NCBI GenBank assembly: GCA_043818685.1
Contig: JBDRFQ010000362.1
Location: 1-45,791, forward strand
DNA from: Candidatus Eiseniibacteriota bacterium
GTDB lineage: Bacteria; Orphanbacterota; Orphanbacteria; Orphanbacterales; Orphanbacteraceae
DNA: 45,791 nucleotides
Direction of reading: 5' to 3'
Shown here piece after piece: positions 21,830 through 29,483 of this stretch. Numbering within the stretch: position 1 is the stretch's first letter; the number at the start of each line of letters is the position of its first letter. The notes beneath the pieces were generated by a model. It did no database searches and was not told where the DNA came from. It was given only the letters and a program-made list of their open reading frames with translations. The translations under genes were made by a program, and so were the position numbers.

Positions 21830-24800
21830 ATGCGGTTCGGATCGAGACGTGGAACGGCCCGCCGAATCGCCGCCGTTCTCGCTTGCATCGCCGCGGCCGC
21901 GCTCCCCGCGTTCGGCGCCGAGCCTCGCGCGGACGTGGCCGGCGCCCGCCCCTTCTCCCTGATTCGGAATCCGGTTCACCGGAACCATCCCGCGTTTTTC
22001 AGCGAGGCGAGGATCGCTCCGTACCCCGAGCCGCAACGGGCTCTTCTCAAGCTCCCCGGGGACGGCGCCGCAACGAGCCTCCGGGTGGATCTCGACCGCG
22101 GCCTCGTCATCGTCGAGCAATCGCTTCAGGAGACCCCGCTCGTCTATCCGTGGGTCGCATCTCTCGCGGAGTACATCGCAGCGCTTCGCCGGTTCGGAAT
22201 CCGCCGGGAGCTGATCAAGAGCGGGCGCTCCGTCGAGGCGCGCGCCGGGGGGAGCGGAGAGTCGGGCATGTTCGACATCGACCTCCCGGTCCGCTTCCCG
22301 AGGACCCTCTCGCGGATCATCGGGCAAGGCGCGAACATCCAGGTCTCGGGGAGCGAGTCGATCACGTTCTCGGGCGAGACCCAGTATTTCATCAAGGAGA
22401 GGGACAACGAGAGCGGGGGGCAGCGGAAGTTCCCCGAGCTCGACATGCGGCAGCAGCTCCAGATCAACCTCACCGGTACGATCGGCGAGAAGGTCAAGGT
22501 CGAGGTGCAGCACAACTCCGAGTCCCAGGTGCCGCTGGAGAACCGGATCAAGCTCCGCTACGAGGGGTTCGAGGACGAGGTGATCCAGAGGATCGAGGTG
22601 GGGAACACGAACCTCGCGCTCCCGGGGAACCAGTTCGTCTCGTTCAGCGCGCAGCAGCAGGGGCTCTTCGGCGTCAAGGTGGTCGGAAAGGCTGGGAAGC
22701 TGGACTTCACCACCATCCTCTCGCAGCAGCAGGGGCGGACCGACCGGGAAACCTATGCCGGCGGGGGGCGGGAGGACTCGCTCGTCATCAACGATCTCGA
22801 CTACATCAGGGAGCGGTTCTTCGTCGTGAACGAGTTCCGGCCGGTCGACGACATCCGCGTCTTCGTGGACGACGACAACGCCACGAACAACACGGGGGCG
22901 CAGGTCCAGGCCCGCGCCTTCGTGGACGTCCAGGATCCGTCGAGCTCGACGCAGGAGCAGCCGGGGTGGTTCGACGAGATGGAGGAGTCGGTCGACTACT
23001 ACATCAACCGGGAGATCGGCGTCCTCACCCTCAACCGGAGCCTGCCGGAGAATTACACCCTCGCCATCTGGTACGGCGTGGGCGGCGTGGACGTCGGGGA
23101 GGTTCCCCCGGAGGCCTCCACCGACTCGAGCGTCGTCGCGACCCTGCAGCTGATCCGCCCCCCCGCGGAGTTCTACCGCCCGACGAACGAGAGGTTCGGG
23201 AAGACCTGGTACTACCAGCTCCGGAACGTCTACGACCTCCGGGCGCGGAGCATCGTGGAAGAGGGATTCGACCTGCGGATCTACAGGAAAGCGGCGGGAG
23301 CGGAGGAGCGCTTCGACCAGCAGGGAGGGAAGACCTTTCTCGAGATCCTCGGCCTGGACGTCGTGGATCAGAGCTCGAACTCCTCCTCGGACGACCGGGT
23401 GGACGGGCAGTACTTCGGCGCGGGGAACAAGATCGCGGAGAAGGCGGGGATTCCGCCTGGCGCCTCGCTTCCGTACGTTCCGACCCTCCTCGTCGACTAC
23501 GATCTCGGCCTCCTCTTTTTCCCCGATCTCCGCCCGTTCGATCCCGCTTACAACCATCAGTTCGCGGGTTCGCCGGTTGAGTCGCTCACCGAGGGCAATT
23601 CCGTCATCTACGACAACCACGATCCGAAGCCGAACGATTCGAAGTACGAGATCCAGGTGAAGTACAGGACCTCGCAAGGTTCGTTTTCGCTGAACCGCTC
23701 GAACATTCTCGAGGGGAGCGAGGTGGTGAAGGTGGACGGCCGCACCCTCACCCGCGGCGCCGACTACCGGATCATCTACGAGATCGGCCAGATCGAGTTT
23801 CTCGCCGACATTCCCCCCGACGCGAAGATCACCGTGGACTTCGAGTACGCGCCCTTCCTCAGCCAGGCGCAGAAGAGCCTCGCCGGCATCGCGGGAACGT
23901 ACAACCTCTCCGACCGGACGAAGCTCTCCTCGATCTGGCTCTACAAGGGGAAGCGAACCCCGTACCGGAGGCCGCGGCTCGGCCAGGAGCCCTCGCGAAT
24001 CGTGGTCGGCGGGCTCTCCCTCGCCACGGAACGCGAGCCGGAGTTCCTCACCGAGCTGACCGACCGGATTCCGGGGATCACCCCGAGCGAGGGGTCGAGC
24101 TTCCGCGTCGATTTCGAGACGGCGGCGACCTTCCCCAACCCGAACACGAAGAACGCGGTCTACATCGACGACATGGAAGGGACCGAGGAGTCCTCTTCGT
24201 TCGGCATCACGCGGCGCCAGTGGGACGTGATGTCGATTCCGAAGACCGGAACCGGCGTTCACGAGCTGGACTGGGAGAGCCGCTATCGCGAGGTTTGGTG
24301 GTACAACCCGAAGAACGCGACGACCCGCGGGGACTTGAACCCCTCCCTCTCCTCGGAGGAGCGGATCAAGTTCGTGCCGGTTCTGGAGGTCGCCCTGCGG
24401 GACGGGACCGTCGCCGGGGGGACGGACCGAGGGGCTTGGGGGGGCGTGATGCGCCTCGTTTCGAAGACGGGCCTCGACCTCAAGGAGCGCAAGTTCTTCG
24501 AGGTGTGGATCAACGACTTCGACCTCAACCGGGGAAAGCTCCACGTCGACATGGGTCTTCTCGGGGAGGACGCGATGTGGAGCGCCGCCGAGCCGAACGG
24601 GACCCTCGACACGGAGGACAAGAGCGGCGACGGCGTCCTCGACGACACCGGGACGAACGGCCCGACCGACGAGGACACCGGCCTCGATCGGCTCTTCAAC
24701 GCGCAGGAGCCCGGGACGGGAGGCGATCCGAGCGGGGACGACTGGGGGTACGACGAGAACCGGCCGGACGACTACTCGCGAATCAACGGGACGGAAAACA

Positions 24801-27800
24801 ACGGCTTCCTCGACACGGAGGACCTGAACGGGAACGGCTACGTGGACGAGGAGAAGGCGTACTTCCGGTTCACGATCGATCTGGGGAGCGACGAGTTCGT
24901 CGCCGCGAGGGGATCGCAGGAGGGGAGCCGGAACTGGCGTCTCTTCCGAGTCCCCCTTGCGAAGACCGAGGCGGTGAGCGTCGGCGGCATCGTCCCGACC
25001 TTCGACAAGGGGGTGAAGTACGTCCGCTTCTGGTTCAACGAGCTCGACACGACGAATGCCCGCTTCCAGATCTACTCGGTGGAGGTGACGGGGAACCGGT
25101 GGCTCGAGGCGGGGCTCCAGGACTCGAGCGGCGCGCTGATCGACACCTCGGAGGCGGACCCGTTCGAGATCTTCGCCGCCGGCGTGATCAACAACAAGGA
25201 CGGCGAGCCGTACGATCCGCCGCCGGTCGAGATCATCGTGGAGCGCGAGGTGCCCGAAAAGGAGCAGTCCCTCGTTCTGAACTACGAGAACCTGCACCCC
25301 GGCCACACGGGCACCGTCTTTCGAGCGCTCTTTGACGACGAGGACTACACGCGCTACCAGAGCATGGAGTTCTGGGCGAAGCGTGCGGAGCCGCACGGGG
25401 ACTTCGAGCCGTATCCTCTCTTCTTCTTCCGGTTCGGCGGGGACTCCCTGAACTTCTACGAGTTCTCGACGGTGCTGGACAGCGCCTCGGGGACGAGCTG
25501 GCAGAGAGTCGTGCTCGATCTCGCTTCCCTCACGCGGGTCAAGCTGCAGGAGCCGGGGGCGGACTCGCTCTACGGGCGCGCCGTCGAGGCGAGGCGGGAC
25601 ACGGTCGTCGTGGAGACCGCGCGGGGACCGCAGGTCTACGTCTACTCGGCCGTTGGAAACCCCAGCATGACGAAGGTGCGGCGGCTCACGTTCGGGGTGA
25701 CGAATCCTTCCCGCGAGAAGGACCTGACGGGGGTGATCTGGATCGACGATCTTCGATTACTCGACGTCAAGGGGGACCCGGGGTATGCGGGGAGGGTGGG
25801 GGCCGATCTCAAGCTCGCCGACTTCATCGCCGTGAGCGGCGACTACCGGAAGGTCGGCAAGGAGTTCCGCAACCTCAGCGGCGGGGGATCCGCGCGGGGA
25901 GGCGAGGAGGGGGACGAGAACCCGCGGAGGGGGAGCGACGAGACGGAGACGAACCTCACGGGATCGATCAAGCTCGGGAAGTTCATCGAGAGCGTCAATC
26001 TCCCCCTGCCGCTCACGATGAACTGGTCGAAGAGCGTCAGCCTTCCCGAGCTGCAGAACGCCTCCGACATCGTCCTCGCCGATCCATCCACGGAGAAGTC
26101 GGAACGTAAATCGGAGGGCGCGTCACTTTCGATTCAGAGATCGAGGAAGTCGGAGAGCCCGTGGCTCTACTACGGGTTCGATTCGATGGGCCTCAGGCTG
26201 AACGGCAGGCGGGGAAGCTCGTTCAACCCGACCAAGATCGACTCCTCGTCTTCGTACGGAGTGGACTGGACCTACAACTACGCCCCGCGCTTCAACACGG
26301 AGCTGAAGGTCTTCCGAACCTGGAAGGTCGACTTCCTCCCGACCAACGCGAGCGTCTCGGCGCACCGCGAGCGGTCGACGAACACGAGCATCGACGTCCG
26401 GTCCGACTCGAAGAGAAAGGTGGAGGCGCGCAAGTCGACCTCCGATTTCGGCTTCGCGATGAAGCCGGTGAGCAGCGAGAGCTTCACCTCCGATTTCGGG
26501 TTCACGACCAACCGAGACCACCTCTACGGAAGACCGCTTTCGTTCCTCGCCTCGGTGAACCGGGGCTTCGAGGTCCGGCGGAACCACGACACGAAGCTCT
26601 CGTACACGCCCGGCTTCAGCTCGCTCCTCGCCTGGTTCAACCCGCGGCTCCAGTACGGCACGAAGTACTCCGAGGAGATGCCGATCGCCCAGCGCCAGGT
26701 GATACGGGACGAAGACACCGGGGACACCCTCTCCGTTCGGACGCTCCACAACGTCCAGAACACGAACACGAGCTCCGTCGACTTCACCGTGGGGGTCGCG
26801 AGGCTCTTCCAGGCGATTCCGGGGGTGGACGACGGAGAGGAGACGGACAGCGCGAAGACCCGCTTCGGGCCCCGGTCGGTGCTCAGAGGGGTCCGGGACG
26901 CGGGAACGAGGATCGGGGACGTCACCGCGGCGGTCAGCTACGGGCGGGACTCCCGCTACGACCGCATCACGGGGCGTCCCGATCTGCGCTACCAGTTCGG
27001 CCTCACCGATCGGATCGACTCGCTTCTGCAGGAGAGGACCGCCGGCCAAACCGTCACGGCGAACACGAGCCGGACCCTCACCACGCGCGCCTCCTCGTCG
27101 GTGCGGCTTCCGGCGTCGATGAACCTCCGCGTCTCCTTCAACTCGTCCAGGCAGAGGAGCGACCAGTCTCGGAACTCGAGAGAATCCAAGAACACGACAT
27201 GGCCCGATCTCGCGTACAGCTGGGACGGGCTCGAGGAGCTGTGGAAGCTCGAGAACTACCTCCGGTCCGCGTCGATGGATCTGGGCTACAACCATAGGAC
27301 GGAGCAGTCGGGGAAGACGCTCGCCCAGATCGAGTCGGAACGTGAGTCCACGCGGTGGGACCCGCTCGTCGGTCTTGAGCTGGACTGGCTGAACGGGGTC
27401 CGGAGCAGCCTCTCCGCCGACCGCGCGCGGGAGACGTCCCGGACCTTCCGGGGCGGGTTCTCGGAGAAGGTCTCCACGAGCCAGGGGATCAGCGCCTCCT
27501 TCTCGTACAAGATGTCGTCCCGGAAGACGGTCAACATCCCGATCCTCGGCAAGGGGACGAAGGGAGGGTCTTTCACCGCGACGACGAACTTCTCCCTCGA
27601 CTTCCGCTTCGACACGAGCAAGGAAGAGCAGACCCAGCCCTACCGGCTGGACGCGCACACACGGAACTTCAGCATCCGCCCGAGGGTGACCTGGACGTGG
27701 CTGCAGAACCTCTCCGGAGGCCTCGAGCTTCAGTTCGGGGAGCGAAGGAACCTGAAAAACGAAAACCGGAGCACGAGGACGATCGGTGCCAGCATTTCCG

Positions 27801-27817
27801 CGCTCTTCAAGTTCTAG
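21830..27817 (+). CDS. sprA: Giant outer-membrane protein, SprA/Sov-like (type IX secretion translocon family)
   Basis: Signal peptide MRFGSRRGTARRIAAVLACIAAAALPAFG. The motif GNTNLALPGNQFVSFSAQQQGLFGVKVVGKAGKLDFTTILSQQQG resembles the SprA N-terminal signature as I recall it. About 1995 aa, beta-rich, ending in an aromatic residue (...ALFKF) as in OM barrels. An alternative start is 21803. Confidence 0.6.
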   Translation: MRFGSRRGTARRIAAVLACIAAAALPAFGAEPRADVAGARPFSLIRNPVHRNHPAFFSEARIAPYPEPQRALLKLPGDGAATSLRVDLDRGLVIVEQSLQETPLVYPWVASLAEYIAALRRFGIRRELIKSGRSVEARAGGSGESGMFDIDLPVRFPRTLSRIIGQGANIQVSGSESITFSGETQYFIKERDNESGGQRKFPELDMRQQLQINLTGTIGEKVKVEVQHNSESQVPLENRIKLRYEGFEDEVIQRIEVGNTNLALPGNQFVSFSAQQQGLFGVKVVGKAGKLDFTTILSQQQGRTDRETYAGGGREDSLVINDLDYIRERFFVVNEFRPVDDIRVFVDDDNATNNTGAQVQARAFVDVQDPSSSTQEQPGWFDEMEESVDYYINREIGVLTLNRSLPENYTLAIWYGVGGVDVGEVPPEASTDSSVVATLQLIRPPAEFYRPTNERFGKTWYYQLRNVYDLRARSIVEEGFDLRIYRKAAGAEERFDQQGGKTFLEILGLDVVDQSSNSSSDDRVDGQYFGAGNKIAEKAGIPPGASLPYVPTLLVDYDLGLLFFPDLRPFDPAYNHQFAGSPVESLTEGNSVIYDNHDPKPNDSKYEIQVKYRTSQGSFSLNRSNILEGSEVVKVDGRTLTRGADYRIIYEIGQIEFLADIPPDAKITVDFEYAPFLSQAQKSLAGIAGTYNLSDRTKLSSIWLYKGKRTPYRRPRLGQEPSRIVVGGLSLATEREPEFLTELTDRIPGITPSEGSSFRVDFETAATFPNPNTKNAVYIDDMEGTEESSSFGITRRQWDVMSIPKTGTGVHELDWESRYREVWWYNPKNATTRGDLNPSLSSEERIKFVPVLEVALRDGTVAGGTDRGAWGGVMRLVSKTGLDLKERKFFEVWINDFDLNRGKLHVDMGLLGEDAMWSAAEPNGTLDTEDKSGDGVLDDTGTNGPTDEDTGLDRLFNAQEPGTGGDPSGDDWGYDENRPDDYSRINGTENNGFLDTEDLNGNGYVDEEKAYFRFTIDLGSDEFVAARGSQEGSRNWRLFRVPLAKTEAVSVGGIVPTFDKGVKYVRFWFNELDTTNARFQIYSVEVTGNRWLEAGLQDSSGALIDTSEADPFEIFAAGVINNKDGEPYDPPPVEIIVEREVPEKEQSLVLNYENLHPGHTGTVFRALFDDEDYTRYQSMEFWAKRAEPHGDFEPYPLFFFRFGGDSLNFYEFSTVLDSASGTSWQRVVLDLASLTRVKLQEPGADSLYGRAVEARRDTVVVETARGPQVYVYSAVGNPSMTKVRRLTFGVTNPSREKDLTGVIWIDDLRLLDVKGDPGYAGRVGADLKLADFIAVSGDYRKVGKEFRNLSGGGSARGGEEGDENPRRGSDETETNLTGSIKLGKFIESVNLPLPLTMNWSKSVSLPELQNASDIVLADPSTEKSERKSEGASLSIQRSRKSESPWLYYGFDSMGLRLNGRRGSSFNPTKIDSSSSYGVDWTYNYAPRFNTELKVFRTWKVDFLPTNASVSAHRERSTNTSIDVRSDSKRKVEARKSTSDFGFAMKPVSSESFTSDFGFTTNRDHLYGRPLSFLASVNRGFEVRRNHDTKLSYTPGFSSLLAWFNPRLQYGTKYSEEMPIAQRQVIRDEDTGDTLSVRTLHNVQNTNTSSVDFTVGVARLFQAIPGVDDGEETDSAKTRFGPRSVLRGVRDAGTRIGDVTAAVSYGRDSRYDRITGRPDLRYQFGLTDRIDSLLQERTAGQTVTANTSRTLTTRASSSVRLPASMNLRVSFNSSRQRSDQSRNSRESKNTTWPDLAYSWDGLEELWKLENYLRSASMDLGYNHRTEQSGKTLAQIESERESTRWDPLVGLELDWLNGVRSSLSADRARETSRTFRGGFSEKVSTSQGISASFSYKMSSRKTVNIPILGKGTKGGSFTATTNFSLDFRFDTSKEEQTQPYRLDAHTRNFSIRPRVTWTWLQNLSGGLELQFGERRNLKNENRSTRTIGASISALFKF

Positions 27818-27996
27818 CCTGGACTCCGCACGCGTTTCCTGCTGCGGCCGCGGATCTCGGCCTGCGGGGCCTTCTTTCCGTCGCCGCTTCCTCAACAGGG
27901 ACCCGTGGCGCGCGTGGCTCTTGTCGCGACGGCTAGGAGCGACAAGTCTTAGCGCGCCGGGGGGGAGGCCGAGACTCCGTTTCCGGGACCGGCTCG
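27814..27996. mobile_element. MITE-like element, copy B (left end intact, centre replaced, right end degenerate)
   Basis: The first ~83 bp align with copy A (CTAGCCTGGACTCCGCACGCGTTTCCTGCTGCGG...CTTCCTCAAC). A private 71-bp insert follows at 27897-27967. Homology then resumes (GCCGAGACTCCGTTTCCGGGACCGGCTCG) and fades. Confidence 0.6.
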
Positions 27997-28901
27997 CCGG
28001 CGCCGGCGTCCTTCCGGCGGTCGCCGCGGCGCTCGCGCTCTCTGCGGGGTCCGGCCTCTCATTCGACGGAGAGAGGGCGATGGCTCACGTCCGCGCGCAG
28101 GTCGCCTTCGGACCCCGGATTCCCGGGACGGAGGGTCACGAACGGATGAGGAAGTGGCTCACGCGGGAGCTCCGGGGCAGCGCCGACGCGGTTGCCGAGC
28201 GGCCGTTCCCGGGGGTCAATTCCCTTACCGGCTCGACCTTCACCGGGACGAACATCATCGCCTCGTTCCGCCCCGAGCTCGAAGACCGGATCTTCTTCGG
28301 GGCTCACTGGGACACGCGCGCACAGGCGGACCACGACCCGGATCCGGCACGCCGGACCGAGCCGGTGCCGGGAGCGAACGACGGAGGGAGCGGGGTCGCC
28401 GTGCTCTTCGCCCTCGCCGAGGCGCTCGATCGCCGCCCTCCGCCGGTCGGCGTGGACCTCCTCTTTCTCGACGGGGAGGATCAGGGGAGCCCCGGCGGTC
28501 CGGGAGGCTATTGCCTCGGCGCGCGCGCATTCGCCGCGTCCTCGTCGCTCACCGGCTTCGCCCCCCGCTACGGGGTGATCATCGACATGGTGGGTCACCG
28601 GAACCTCCGCGTCGCGCGGGAGAGCAGCTCCATGGAGTGCTGCGCGGACTGGCTCGATCGAATCATGAAGATCGGCGAGCGGATCGCGCCTGACGTCTTC
28701 GGGAGCACGGAGACGGTCTCCCTCTACGACGATCACATTCCCTTCATCGAGGCGGGGATCCCGACGATCGTTCTGTCCGGGTCCGGCTACCCGGAGTGGC
28801 ACACGACCGCGGATCTCCCCGACATCTGCTCCCCCGGAAGCCTCGGGGCGGTCGGTTCGCTCCTCGAGGAGCTCGTGCACGGCGGCCACGAAATTCCTTG
28901 A
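27921..28901 (+). CDS. M28-family glutaminyl-peptide cyclotransferase-like protein
   Basis: FGPRIPGTEGH...NIIASF...FFGAHWDTRAQADHDPDP...PGANDGGSGVAVLFALAEAL...LLFLDGEDQG matches the bacterial animal-type QC/M28 pattern. The only canonical in-frame start that retains the signal-peptide-like segment (RPRLRFRDRLAGAGVLPAVAAALALSAG) is TTG 27921, inside MITE copy B. The start is uncertain. Confidence 0.55.
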   Translation: MSRRLGATSLSAPGGRPRLRFRDRLAGAGVLPAVAAALALSAGSGLSFDGERAMAHVRAQVAFGPRIPGTEGHERMRKWLTRELRGSADAVAERPFPGVNSLTGSTFTGTNIIASFRPELEDRIFFGAHWDTRAQADHDPDPARRTEPVPGANDGGSGVAVLFALAEALDRRPPPVGVDLLFLDGEDQGSPGGPGGYCLGARAFAASSSLTGFAPRYGVIIDMVGHRNLRVARESSSMECCADWLDRIMKIGERIAPDVFGSTETVSLYDDHIPFIEAGIPTIVLSGSGYPEWHTTADLPDICSPGSLGAVGSLLEELVHGGHEIP

Positions 28902-28927
28902 CGTCCCCCCGTCCCATTCCTTATCTT
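28898..28927 (+). promoter_or_regulatory. Sigma-70-type promoter TTGACG-N18-TATCTT upstream of rimP
   Basis: The hexamers sit at 28898-28903 and 28922-28927, about 70 nt upstream of the rimP ATG. Confidence 0.4.
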
Positions 28928-28994
28928 ACGTGTGCCCTCGGGCGGATCCGTTTCGAGGGCGTTTTGTTGCCCGGAGAGGTGGGGAGGAACTCCC

Positions 28995-29483
28995 ATGGCG
29001 GCCGCGAACCTCGCGGATGAGCTCCTTGGGATCGCCCGCGAGACGGTGGAGGGAGAAGGGGTGACCCTTCTCGACGTCGAGGTGGTGCACGGATCCCGCA
29101 CCGTTCTCCGCTTCGTGATCGACGGGGAGGGAGGAACGAGGATCCGCGACTGCGTGCGGGTCGATCGGGCCCTGGGCCGACTCATGGAGACCTGGGAGCA
29201 CGCGCCGCCGAACTACGCGATCGAGGTGACCTCCCCGGGACTCGACAGGAGGCTCCGGCGGAGCGAGGAGTACGACCATTTCCGCGGCAGGCTGGTTCGT
29301 GTTCAAGCGGAAATCGACGATCGGGGGACCCGGGAGCGCGTCGGTGTCCTCGAGGGGAGAGACGGGGAGGACGTGATCCTCCGGACGGAGGAGGAGACGG
29401 TCCGCATTCCCATGGATCGGATCCGGTCGGCGCGCCTTCTCTTCAAGGCGCCCGGCGGGGAGGGACGCGGGAGAAAGAGATGA
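28995..29483 (+). CDS. rimP: Ribosome maturation factor RimP
   Basis: LLDVEVV...VLRFVIDGEGG...YAIEVTSPGLDRRL and the position upstream of nusA. GGGGAGGAA precedes the ATG at 28995. Confidence 0.85.
   Translation: MAAANLADELLGIARETVEGEGVTLLDVEVVHGSRTVLRFVIDGEGGTRIRDCVRVDRALGRLMETWEHAPPNYAIEVTSPGLDRRLRRSEEYDHFRGRLVRVQAEIDDRGTRERVGVLEGRDGEDVILRTEEETVRIPMDRIRSARLLFKAPGGEGRGRKR

Noticed and set aside
21623-25396. A 1257-aa ORF antisense to the sprA-like gene, plus many other long antisense or alternate-frame ORFs (for example 384-1439, 4027-5649, 9875-11116, 26123-27895 and 37118-39055).
   Set aside because: Their R/P/G/D/E/L-dominated, low-complexity translations are typical of stop-codon-poor alternate frames in ~68% GC DNA. 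The opposite or other frame carries unmistakable conserved proteins.
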